Translations under genes and position numbers: made by a program
In this document: piece after piece, positions 20,167-29,227 of the stretch
Layout of the letters: every line of letters begins with the position of its first letter
Position numbering within the stretch: position 1 is the stretch's first letter
Notes under the pieces: generated by a model
What the model saw: only the letters and a program-made list of their open reading frames with translations
The model's database searches: none
Told to the model about the DNA's origin: nothing
Origin: Candidatus Hydrogenedentota bacterium
GTDB taxonomy: Bacteria; Hydrogenedentota; Hydrogenedentia; Hydrogenedentales; SLHB01
Reading direction: 5' to 3'
Length of the DNA: 64,000 nucleotides
NCBI GenBank assembly: GCA_963745075.1
Contig: CAVUWV010000014.1
Span: 224,001 to 288,000 of the forward strand

Positions 20167-20283
20167 CGCTGCTTCGAGTGGACCCATACTCCCGCATCGA
20201 CCCTGTACGCTGCAACACAGGGTGTCCGGAACGTACAGGCGTCCATGCTTACGGTATGCAGATTCTTCCTGGTTCCGGCAGCG
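20167..20283 (-). ncRNA. candidate 6S-like RNA (extended rod with internal bubbles)
   Basis: Long imperfect hairpin (cgctgc/gcagcg, ggaacca/tgggtcc, cctgtacgtt/agcgtacagg) directly upstream of ygfA, the canonical ssrS position. Confidence 0.4.
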
Positions 20284-20378
20284 TTTTCCCGTCCAATTTG
20301 GTTTCTAGCTGGTTGGCCGGCGGGGAAAAAGCGCGCGATTCCTCCGAAAAACGCGCTGAAATCGCACTGCTCGCAGAT

Positions 20379-20394
20379 TGGCATAGCAGTTGCA
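20379..20394 (+). promoter_or_regulatory. sigma54 (-24/-12) promoter of the flg operon
   Basis: TGGCAT-AGCAG-TTGCA. Confidence 0.75.
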
Positions 20395-20570
20395 CTTCCG
20401 GCAGCAGGTCTGTCCCATAGCAGGCCTACCGTGAGTGGTTGGCCCGGCGGAGGCAACGTTCTCCCTAAACGTTGTCTCACCATCCCAAAACGCCCGCCGG
20501 GCCTCCGGGGATTACGCCTTCGGGCGATTTTAATAGAAGCTGAATCAACCAACATGGGGGCCAGCCCAAC

Positions 20571-21329
20571 ATGATTCAAGGGCTCTACGCCGCAGCAACG
20601 GGAATGATCGCGTTGGAGGAACGCCACGCGGTGGTCGCCAACAACCTCGCAAATGCGGCGACCAACGGGTTCAAGCGCCAAAACGCTATCCCGGAAGGCT
20701 TTTACGAAGTCTTCCTGGGAAAGATGGGCACCCCCCAGATTCTCGATGCGGAACGGGGACCCGGCGGCGGACTCAAGACCTTTGAAACCTACTCTGACTT
20801 TTCCAGCGGCCCGCTGCAAACCACGGGGGATCCATTGAACGCCGCCCTTATGGGGCCGGGATTCTTCGCGGTGTCCACACCGAACGGCGATCGGTTCACG
20901 CGAGACGGCGCGTTTACGATCGATGCCGACGGGCAGCTCGCCACCACGGAAGGATACAAGGTTCAAGGCGCCGGCGGTGGCGGAATCGACGTGTCCGGCG
21001 GATCGGCCCAAATCGACGAAAATGGCGTTGTGTGGGTCGACGGCGTTCAAACGGGGCAACTCGGCATCACCGAATTTGCCGACCCGCAATTGCTCCAGCG
21101 GGAAGGCGACAATCTGTACGCCGCTCCGCAGGAAGCATTGACCCAATCCGCTCCCGCCACGGAAACAATGGTCGCGCCAAAATCCCTCGAAGCATCCAAC
21201 GTGAAGGTTCCCGTGGAGATGGCCCAGATGATCCTGGGGCTTCGTGCCTATACGGCCAACCAGAAAGTGATCAACGCGGTTGATGAAACCGTCGGACGAT
21301 TGATAAGCGATGTTGGTTCACCGGTCTAG
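20571..21329 (+). CDS. flgF: flagellar basal-body rod protein FlgF
   Basis: ANNLANAATNGFK, FTRDGAF, LEASNV; precedes flgG. Confidence 0.85.
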   Translation: MIQGLYAAATGMIALEERHAVVANNLANAATNGFKRQNAIPEGFYEVFLGKMGTPQILDAERGPGGGLKTFETYSDFSSGPLQTTGDPLNAALMGPGFFAVSTPNGDRFTRDGAFTIDADGQLATTEGYKVQGAGGGGIDVSGGSAQIDENGVVWVDGVQTGQLGITEFADPQLLQREGDNLYAAPQEALTQSAPATETMVAPKSLEASNVKVPVEMAQMILGLRAYTANQKVINAVDETVGRLISDVGSPV

Positions 21330-21344
21330 TAAGGAGTTGAACGT

Positions 21345-22136
21345 ATGATTCGCGCACTGTTTACGGCAGCCACCGGCATGGTGGGGCAGCAGACCAATAT
21401 CGACACCATCGCGAATAACCTCGCGAACGTGAACACGACGAGCTTCAAAAAGAGCCGTGTCAACTTCAAAGATCTCTACTACGAGACCGTACGTCCGGCC
21501 GGTACGCAAACTTCCGTGGGCGAGGTGCTTCCCGAAGGCATTCAAATCGGGCACGGCGTACGGCCCGCGTCCGTGGCTAAACTCTTCACCCAGGGAAATC
21601 TGATTCAAACCGGAAACTCCCTGGACCTTGCCATTGAAGGCGATGGATTCTTTCAGGTCGATCTTCCGGATGGCACTACGGGGTACACACGGGACGGCAG
21701 CTTTCGCATCAACAACAACGGAACCGTGGTCACGGTGGACGGTTTCCCCCTGACACCGGGCATCACGATTCCCACCGATGCGGTGGAAGTCAGTATCGGC
21801 CAGGACGGCGTCGTTGAGGCCACCACGCAAGGGGTCGCCACACCGACCAACTTGGGGCAGATTCAGCTTGTACGATTCATCAATAACGGCGGGCTCGACG
21901 CGCGGCTCGGGCACAACGTTCTGCAAGAAACCGAGGCCTCGGGTCCGCCAGTTACCGGCCAGCCAGGCCTGAACGGAAATGGCATGCTCGTACAAGGTTT
22001 CCTCGAGAATTCCAACGTTCAAGTAGTCGAAGAGATCCTCAATTTGATTATCGCGCAGCGCGCGTACGAAGCAAACTCGAAGGTCATCCAGACCTCCGAC
22101 GAAATGCTGCAAGTCGCGAATAACGTTAGACGGTAG
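21345..22136 (+). CDS. flgG: flagellar distal rod protein FlgG
   Basis: IANNLANVNTTSFK, DLAIEGDGFF, QRAYEANSKVIQTSDEML. Confidence 0.95.
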   Translation: MIRALFTAATGMVGQQTNIDTIANNLANVNTTSFKKSRVNFKDLYYETVRPAGTQTSVGEVLPEGIQIGHGVRPASVAKLFTQGNLIQTGNSLDLAIEGDGFFQVDLPDGTTGYTRDGSFRINNNGTVVTVDGFPLTPGITIPTDAVEVSIGQDGVVEATTQGVATPTNLGQIQLVRFINNGGLDARLGHNVLQETEASGPPVTGQPGLNGNGMLVQGFLENSNVQVVEEILNLIIAQRAYEANSKVIQTSDEMLQVANNVRR

Positions 22137-22156
22137 CAGGGCAGGGGACTAGCAGA

Positions 22157-23107
22157 ATGAAAACACTCCTCGGAACCGCGGGCATGATACTCGCTCTGGC
22201 AACCATGGCAATCGCCGCACATGGCGATACCGTCATGCTCAAGACAGAAGCGTATGTCAAAGGACCGGAGATCACGCTCGGCGACCTCGCAGACATCGAA
22301 GGCGACAACGTCAAGGCGCTGTCCAGCGTCGGTCTCGGAAATGCCGCAACCCCGGGTGACTCCAAGCGCATCGACGCCAGTCTCGTCAAAACCCGGATCG
22401 AGAATGCGGGCATTTCCACCGATTCGCTGGATATCAAGGGCCCCGGCTCTGTCGTGGCAAAAACGCTTTACGTAGACATTACCTCCGACTTGCTGGCTAC
22501 CGACCTGCGTACCTTTATCGAAGGCGAAATGCCTTGGACCTTAGACCAGGCCGCCATCGACATCGTTGCGCCAAACCAGGAGATTATCGTGCCGGACGGG
22601 GAGGTCGAGATTCGCTGGTGGCCGAATCCCCAGTATCGTTGGGTGGGTCCTGGCGTGTTTCGCGGCGAAGTGCACGTCGACGGGGACGTGAAACGAACCG
22701 TCCTGGTGCGCGCCCAAATCGAAGCGTATGCGGATGTCTTGGTGGCCTCCACGGATATCCCCCGCGGATCGCTGGTTTCCCCCGCAGACCTACAGGTGGA
22801 AAAGCGCGCCATGTCGCAAATGAAGTCCGGCGCCCTTCTCAACGCAAGCGATGCCGTGGGACAGGTCGCCCGGAGCACGATCTTTCCCGGCCAGGTAATC
22901 ACCAAGCGCCAACTCATGGCACGCCAACTCATAAAGCGCAATCAGGTTGTCACGGTAGAGGCCCGCGCAGGTGGTCTTGTGATACGGTCTCAAGCCCGTG
23001 CCCTAATGAACGGAAGCGAAGGGGATTTTGTCACCTGCATGAACCTTGACTCCAAAGAGCAGTTCCAGGGAATTGTGCGGAAGGACGGGGTCGTCATTGT
23101 TGACTAA
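22157..23107 (+). CDS. flgA: flagellar P-ring chaperone FlgA
   Basis: Signal peptide, ITLGDLA, C-terminal SAF domain, position between flgG and flgH. Confidence 0.85.
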   Translation: MKTLLGTAGMILALATMAIAAHGDTVMLKTEAYVKGPEITLGDLADIEGDNVKALSSVGLGNAATPGDSKRIDASLVKTRIENAGISTDSLDIKGPGSVVAKTLYVDITSDLLATDLRTFIEGEMPWTLDQAAIDIVAPNQEIIVPDGEVEIRWWPNPQYRWVGPGVFRGEVHVDGDVKRTVLVRAQIEAYADVLVASTDIPRGSLVSPADLQVEKRAMSQMKSGALLNASDAVGQVARSTIFPGQVITKRQLMARQLIKRNQVVTVEARAGGLVIRSQARALMNGSEGDFVTCMNLDSKEQFQGIVRKDGVVIVD

Positions 23108-23120
23108 AGGAGGAGAACTC

Positions 23121-23753
23121 GTGCGTTTCGTAACGATCGGGCTGTTGGTGCTCTTGCCCTGCGCTATGGCGTTTGGAGACTCCCTGTTCACACAGGAAGT
23201 GGCCAAAGAAGGCACTCTCGTGTCCCTCAAGAAGGCCAAGTTTGAGAAAGGGGACATCGTCACGGTGCTGGTCCACGAAACGATCGATGCCCAAACCGAC
23301 TCCAACACCAACACGAAGAAAGAATCCGACGTGCAATCCGAAGCAGGCGAATCCGACAACGAATTCCTTGTCTCTCCCAAGCCCGACGGATTTGGGATTA
23401 CAACCGCGGGAAAACTTCCGAACTGGGATTTTCAGACAAACAACGAACAACGGACAAGGGGGTTGACCCAACGCAAGAACCGTCTCATCACGACGATTAG
23501 TTGCGTCGTTACGGAAGTTTTTGACAATGGTAACGTGCAGTTGGAAGGCGAAAAGATCGTCAGCGTAAACCGCGAGGATTCGCGTATCGCCGTGAAGGGT
23601 GTCGCTCGGGCACGCGACATCGAGCCGGACAATACGATTGACTCTGCCAAGATCGCTAACGCGGTCGTGGAATTGAAGGGCCGGGGTCCCCTTTGGAACA
23701 GTCAGCGGCGCGGTCTGATCACCCGGTTCCTGGACTGGTTCTCGCCATATTGA
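23121..23753 (+). CDS. flgH: flagellar L-ring protein FlgH
   Basis: GDIVTVLVHE, NGNVQLEGEK, G.AR..DI...NTIDS.KIANA, C-terminal GLITRFLDW..P; GTG start after aggagg. Confidence 0.88.
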   Translation: MRFVTIGLLVLLPCAMAFGDSLFTQEVAKEGTLVSLKKAKFEKGDIVTVLVHETIDAQTDSNTNTKKESDVQSEAGESDNEFLVSPKPDGFGITTAGKLPNWDFQTNNEQRTRGLTQRKNRLITTISCVVTEVFDNGNVQLEGEKIVSVNREDSRIAVKGVARARDIEPDNTIDSAKIANAVVELKGRGPLWNSQRRGLITRFLDWFSPY

Positions 23754-23764
23754 GGGACGTGAGG

Positions 23765-24892
23765 ATGCGAATGCGCTTCATACAGCTTCTAATTGTGGGC
23801 CTGCTGTTCGCGGTGTCGCCGGTACCAGTTGCGCGCGCGGCACGAATCAAGGATATCTGCGATATCCAGGGCGCCCGCGGCAACCCCCTTAAGGGCATTG
23901 GACTGGTGGTCGGCCTCGCCGGCACGGGGGACAAGAACGCCGATTCCGTGCGCCGCCAACTGCGCATGCTCGAACGTTTCGATATCGAGGTGGACAAGTT
24001 TGTCGACCTCGTCTCCGAGAATACGGCCGTCGTCATGGTCGATGCGACGTTTCCGGCCTTTGCGAAAGAAGGCACCCGTATTGACGTCCGGGTCAGCTCC
24101 ATCGGCGATTGTGAAAGTCTCGAAGGCGGAACCTTAACGGAAACCTACCTTTACGGCCCGGGGACCGCGGGCCCCGACAGTACGGTCTACGCACTGGCGC
24201 AAGGTCCGGTTTCGATCGGAGGGTTCAATGCCGAAGCCGGTGGTGGCGGAGGTTCCGCGGCCGTGCGAAAGAACCATACGACGGCCGGCCGAATTCCCAT
24301 GGGCGCCTATATCGAGCGGGAGATCCCATCCACCATCACTGATGGGGAACGGGTCACGCTACAACTGAAACGGGCGGACTTCCGCACCGCGGATAACATT
24401 CGCCTGGCCGTGGACGGAGAATTCGGGGTGGGCAGCGCCTCGGCTTTGAGTGCGAGCACCATCAACGTCCGCATCCCCGACGAGGAGAAGAGTCACCTGA
24501 TTAGCTTCATTGCGAAGTTGGAGGATCTCGATGTCAATGCGGATCTGCCGGCGCGCGTCGTCATCAACGAGCGCACCGGGACACTCGTCGTGGGTGGCGA
24601 GGTGATGATCAAACCTTGCGAGGTCGCCCACGGGAACCTGACCATCGAAGTGGCAACGACGCCGGCAGTCAGTCAGCCCGAACCCCTCAGTGAAGGGGAA
24701 ACGGTTGAGACCGCCACCACCGACGTGCTCGCGGTGGAAGAGCCCGGCGCGCTGATGCCGGTGAACGGAACGTCTGCCGCGTCGGTCGCCAAAGCCCTGA
24801 ATCGCCTGAAGGTCACCCCGCGAGACATGATATCCATCTTCCAGGCGTTGCGTGAGGCGGGCGCGATGGACGCGGACCTGGAGATCATGTAG
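23765..24892 (+). CDS. flgI: flagellar P-ring protein FlgI
   Basis: ARIKDI, GIGLVVGLAGTGD, VVINERTGT, DMISIFQALREAGA. Confidence 0.95.
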   Translation: MRMRFIQLLIVGLLFAVSPVPVARAARIKDICDIQGARGNPLKGIGLVVGLAGTGDKNADSVRRQLRMLERFDIEVDKFVDLVSENTAVVMVDATFPAFAKEGTRIDVRVSSIGDCESLEGGTLTETYLYGPGTAGPDSTVYALAQGPVSIGGFNAEAGGGGGSAAVRKNHTTAGRIPMGAYIEREIPSTITDGERVTLQLKRADFRTADNIRLAVDGEFGVGSASALSASTINVRIPDEEKSHLISFIAKLEDLDVNADLPARVVINERTGTLVVGGEVMIKPCEVAHGNLTIEVATTPAVSQPEPLSEGETVETATTDVLAVEEPGALMPVNGTSAASVAKALNRLKVTPRDMISIFQALREAGAMDADLEIM

Positions 24893-25245
24893 TGCTCTAC
24901 GTCAATCCTATCAATTCGCCCTTTATCCAGCGAGCGGACGCGGCCTTGGCGAGCGCTTCCCGCAAGGAGACGGCGTTTCGCGAGATGGAGCACTTCTTCG
25001 CCTACATGCTGTTGCAGGAAATGCAGAAAACCGTACCGAAAGACGGCCTGCTCGATGACGGCGGCCTCCAGTCGGATTTCCAGCGGGACATGTTCAACGA
25101 TATTGCCGCCGGAAAGATCGCGGAAAGCGGTCAACTCGGTATCGCCAAGATCATGGAGGACCAGCTCCGGGTCCAGAACATGCAGAAGCAAATACTTAAA
25201 GGCATCATGCCCGGCCAGGGCAATACCCTGAAGCTCGGGGCTTAA
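24892..25245 (+). CDS. flgJ: FlgJ-like rod-binding protein without muramidase domain
   Basis: EMEHFF..MLLQEMQKTVPKDGL...DMF...GQLGIA Rod-binding pattern, after flgI. Confidence 0.75.
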   Translation: MLYVNPINSPFIQRADAALASASRKETAFREMEHFFAYMLLQEMQKTVPKDGLLDDGGLQSDFQRDMFNDIAAGKIAESGQLGIAKIMEDQLRVQNMQKQILKGIMPGQGNTLKLGA

Positions 25246-25269
25246 GAGATCCCTCAATCGTGCCGATAA
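25243..25269 (+). promoter_or_regulatory. sigma28 (FliA) promoter
   Basis: TAAG-15 bp-GCCGATAA upstream of flgN. Confidence 0.75.
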
Positions 25270-25293
25270 GGGTATGGAACGGAGGGTTACCGC

Positions 25294-25800
25294 GTGAATG
25301 AATTGTTCGAAACACTGTGCGATCTACTGGACGACGAGGTGGAACGGCAGGAGAATGTCCTGACCGTCTGCAACGCCCAACGGGAGGCGGTAATAGCGCG
25401 GGATCTCGATGCCATCGCGGCCCGAACCGGTGCGCTGGAAGTGCTGATTCGCGACTCGATCCAGGCGCAAACAGAACGGCACAAGATCCTGCGTCCCATC
25501 GTGGAACACTTTGGTCTCGAGCCGGAACAGCAAACCATGACCCATCTAATCGAAGTCACCCCGGAGCCGTGGAAGACGCGACTGGCGGACCTGCAAACCC
25601 GCATGCGGAGCACAGTGGAAAAAACGCGGCTGGCGGTTCGCGCCAATGCTAAGGTGGCCCGCCGTTCCAAGCGAATGACCGACGATTTGATTCGCGCCCT
25701 GCGGCACGAGCACCGCCATCAGCAAAACGGGTATTGCGAACACGGCACGGAAGAGGCTGCCGGGACGGGAACTCCGGTCCTCATGGATCGGCGCGGGTAA
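25294..25800 (+). CDS. flgN: flagellar export chaperone FlgN
   Basis: Helical protein in FlgN position; QREAVIARDLDAI, N..VARRS, C-terminal Y...G...MDRRG. Confidence 0.75.
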   Translation: MNELFETLCDLLDDEVERQENVLTVCNAQREAVIARDLDAIAARTGALEVLIRDSIQAQTERHKILRPIVEHFGLEPEQQTMTHLIEVTPEPWKTRLADLQTRMRSTVEKTRLAVRANAKVARRSKRMTDDLIRALRHEHRHQQNGYCEHGTEEAAGTGTPVLMDRRG

Positions 25801-25809
25801 GGTACGATC

Positions 25810-26724
25810 GTGGGCATTCTACGCGTTACACAAAACATCATCGCACAGCGGGCTCTTACGAACATTCAAAACCAGAGCCGCCGCATTCTTGACCTGCAAA
25901 CGCAGCTTGCGAGCGGTCTCCGCGTGAACTCGCCTTCCGACGATCCCATCGACGCGCGCCGAGCGATCAATGCCCGGGCAGCCATTGCCAAGAACGAGCA
26001 ATACTTGGCCAATATCTCGGCTGCCGGCCCGCGACTCGAAGAGACCGTCACCTCGATTCAAACCATGGCGGACAATCTCTTGCGCGCGCGGGAACTCACG
26101 GTGCAAGGGGCCAATGGCACAAATGATCAGACCGCTCTCGATGCAATCGCCGAAGAGATTAACCAGATTCTCGAGTCCGCGGTAAATACGGCCAACCACC
26201 AGACCGGCGACCTGTACATTTTTGGCGGGACGCGCACCAAGACCCAACCTTTCGACGTCACGCGCGACGCAAACGGCGACATCACGGCGGTGACCTACCA
26301 AGGCAATCAGGAGCGCATCCCGGTGACGGTCGGTGATGGATTAACGGTACCGACAAATGAGGTTGGTTCCGCGGTCTTTCAGGGATCGCAGGACATCTTT
26401 CAAACCCTGATCGATATTCGGGATGACCTGCGAGCCGGCGATCAGGCCAGCCTTCAAAACACCCGGCTCACCGAGTTGGAGACCGCGCGCCAGCAACTCA
26501 GCCAGGCCCAGTCCCGGGTTGGCTCCGTACAGAACCGCCTCGACCGGACCCAGCTCGAGATTGAGGATTTTCAAGTTCAGTTGCAGCAGGTGTTGTCGGA
26601 TTCCGTCGATGCCGATTTTGCCGACGTCATTATCAATCTCAACTCGCAGAGCAACGCATTTCAGGCCGCTCTGAGTGCCGGCGCTCGCATCATCCAGCCT
26701 AGCCTGCTCGATTTTCTCGGATAG
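25810..26724 (+). CDS. flgL: flagellar hook-associated protein 3 FlgL
   Basis: RVTQN, SGLRVNSPSDDP, YIFGGTRT..PF, C-terminal QPSLLDFL. Confidence 0.93.
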   Translation: MGILRVTQNIIAQRALTNIQNQSRRILDLQTQLASGLRVNSPSDDPIDARRAINARAAIAKNEQYLANISAAGPRLEETVTSIQTMADNLLRARELTVQGANGTNDQTALDAIAEEINQILESAVNTANHQTGDLYIFGGTRTKTQPFDVTRDANGDITAVTYQGNQERIPVTVGDGLTVPTNEVGSAVFQGSQDIFQTLIDIRDDLRAGDQASLQNTRLTELETARQQLSQAQSRVGSVQNRLDRTQLEIEDFQVQLQQVLSDSVDADFADVIINLNSQSNAFQAALSAGARIIQPSLLDFLG

Positions 26725-26934
26725 CCGACCCCATTGCCGGTTCGCTTCCACCCGTTGCTGTCCGTGTGCGAGCCGCTTTGATCCGGACCCCCTTCCTTCG
26801 GATACAATTACCCGATAGGCAACGAACCGAAATGACGCCGTTCCACTGCTGCCCTGTGCGTCAATTGGTGAAGGGCGCTGGGAGTTTTTGCATAGACCGG
26901 GCACAACCTGGATTCGCAATCGGGAGCACCATCC

Positions 26935-27447
26935 GTGAGAATCGTTTTATCGGCTCTATTATGTGTTTTTGTCGTTTCCTGCGCTTCGGATTCCGGAAGC
27001 GTCGTCGAGAAGGTCAAATACGATTTTGGCATTGGCGAGAAGCCGGAGGGCTACGAAAGCGGATCCGACCGGGTCATGTCACGCTTGGACGGCGTCGGAA
27101 AGACAGAAATGAAGCGCATGAACCTGGAAGGACGGCACGGCGAGGTCAAATTCCAGGAAGAGGGAAACCTCGGCGGTAAGTACTACAAGGAAGTGAAAAT
27201 GTACGAAGATTTCCGTCCCATGGATGCCCGCGCGGTGACCCGCACGACTCACGGCGAACGCGGGTATGTGGGCTACATCCAGTACGATTTCCAGGTGTTT
27301 CAGAGCCCACGCACGGCCAACCGCGTCGAAGCGGAAGCTTCGTCGGCGAATATTCGAACCGATATCTCGGGACGCGAAACGTACCGATACAATTTTAGTG
27401 CTTCTGGAGCGTGGGACGGGGCGCCCGGGGAGCAGACGCGCGATTAA
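26935..27447 (+). CDS. hypothetical lipoprotein
   Basis: Lipobox-like VVSC; coherent ORF. Confidence 0.6.
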   Translation: MRIVLSALLCVFVVSCASDSGSVVEKVKYDFGIGEKPEGYESGSDRVMSRLDGVGKTEMKRMNLEGRHGEVKFQEEGNLGGKYYKEVKMYEDFRPMDARAVTRTTHGERGYVGYIQYDFQVFQSPRTANRVEAEASSANIRTDISGRETYRYNFSASGAWDGAPGEQTRD

Positions 27448-27508
27448 TCGCGCATTTGCGGCGCGCCTTCAAACCGCAACAACGAACGGATCGAGTCAGG
27501 GGGGCTTC

Positions 27509-28945
27509 ATGAATTCAGTACCATCAACGCGCCAGGGGTATGTCATTCTGGCCGTTCTGGCCGGAACGTTTCTGGCCTTTGCGGGTCCGCTCAAGGACTA
27601 CGTCAATTTGCCCGATCCGTCGTACCGGTACAGTTGCGTAAAGACAATTCCCGGACCCGGCGTCACGACCTACGTTCTGGATATGACGTCTCAGACGTGG
27701 AAAGAGGGCGAGGTTGCCCCGTCGAAATGGGAACACTGGGTTTCCATCATCGTACCGGACAACGTAAAGCACGAAACCGCCCTGTTACTGGTCTCCGGCG
27801 GGAACAACAAGCACGATCGCATCCCCGACGATGTGCCCGCGCCCGTCCTCATGATTGCCATGCAGACCCAATCGATCGTCGCGATTCTACAGGGGGTACC
27901 CTGCGAACCGGTGTCGTTTCGGGACGAACAGCGCACCCGTTCGGAAGACGAGATTATTGCCTACACCTACAACAAATACCTGGAGACGGGCGATCCCACG
28001 TGGCCGCTCCTTTGTCCCATGGTCAAGAGTGCTGTCCGTGCGATGGACTCCGTTCAAGAGTATTGCGGCCAGCGGGCGGAGACGAAGCATCAGATCAACA
28101 GCTTCGTCGTGACCGGCGCCTCGAAGCGCGGTTGGACCACGTGGCTGACAGGAGCCGTCGACGACCGCGTTATAGCCATCGCGCCCATCGTGATTGACAT
28201 GCTCAACCTGGACGAGCAGATGCCGCGGCAACTCAGCTACTACGGCGTTTACAGCGAGGCAATTCAAGACTACACGGACTTCGACATCCAAAGTAAAATG
28301 GCAGGCGGGGAAGGTCAGGAACTTCTGAAGATTGTCGATCCCTACGAGTACCGCGACCAGCTTACCATGCCGAAACTCGTTCTACTCGCGTCCGGCGACC
28401 AATATTGGACCATAGACGCGGCGGAATTGTATTACCCCGGCCTGAAAGGGGAAAAGCACATCCGCTACGAGGCCAATGCGGACCACAGCGTCGACCGCGA
28501 TCAAAATACCATTAAAGCCCTTGCGGCTTTCTACGACAACATCATCAATGACCGGCCGAATCCCGAGTTCACGTGGGACATGAAGCCGGATGGCAGCTTT
28601 GTCGTCACCCCTCAGGATACGCCGGTCGCGGCACGCCTTTGGACTGCCCACGCCCCCACGAAGGATTTCCGGCTCCGTACCATCGGGTCCGGATGGGAAA
28701 GTTCGGATTTGACGCCGGCTGCCGACGGCACGTATTCCGGGAAAGTCGACGTTCCGGAGGAGGGATTCGTCGCCTACTACGTCGAACTCGAGTATCCCAG
28801 CGCGTTGGGCTACAACTACACGCTGACCACCACGGCCACGATTCCGGGGCAGGGGGGCGGTGTGAATTCCATCCTCGTTCTCGCACTGTCGGCCTTGGTG
28901 CTGCTGGTGTTGGCCGGCGTCATCGTCAAGATGGTCCGAAGCTGA
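27509..28945 (+). CDS. PqaA/AprA family (PhoPQ-activated pathogenicity-related) hydrolase-like protein
   Basis: PMVKSAVRAMD, GASKRGWTTWLTGAVD, IVDPYEY, PKL, GDQYW; signal peptide and C-terminal TM. Confidence 0.85.
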   Translation: MNSVPSTRQGYVILAVLAGTFLAFAGPLKDYVNLPDPSYRYSCVKTIPGPGVTTYVLDMTSQTWKEGEVAPSKWEHWVSIIVPDNVKHETALLLVSGGNNKHDRIPDDVPAPVLMIAMQTQSIVAILQGVPCEPVSFRDEQRTRSEDEIIAYTYNKYLETGDPTWPLLCPMVKSAVRAMDSVQEYCGQRAETKHQINSFVVTGASKRGWTTWLTGAVDDRVIAIAPIVIDMLNLDEQMPRQLSYYGVYSEAIQDYTDFDIQSKMAGGEGQELLKIVDPYEYRDQLTMPKLVLLASGDQYWTIDAAELYYPGLKGEKHIRYEANADHSVDRDQNTIKALAAFYDNIINDRPNPEFTWDMKPDGSFVVTPQDTPVAARLWTAHAPTKDFRLRTIGSGWESSDLTPAADGTYSGKVDVPEEGFVAYYVELEYPSALGYNYTLTTTATIPGQGGGVNSILVLALSALVLLVLAGVIVKMVRS

Positions 28946-29227
28946 CAGCGCTCATCTTAAAGTAGATGCGGCTTCCAGCCGCAGTGGTTCTTCGTGCGAT
29001 ACGGCGGCTCGAGCATATCAACGCGATCCGTATCCTCTTAATCGTACTCGAAGTTACAAAGCGTCTTGGTACAGCGAAACATTAATGCGCTCGGATGGCC
29101 AACGCATATATATATTCCGGCTTGACAATCCGAGTACGAGAACGATTACGTGAGATCAACTACGGCTGCGCGTAAATGTAATCTGCTGTGACGTTATCCC
29201 GGGGAGTAACCCCACTGCGAACCGGGT

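Noticed and set aside
20405..20570. c-di-GMP-I riboswitch in the flgF leader
   Set aside because: No GGCAAACC / GAAA tetraloop / GACGCAAAG pattern
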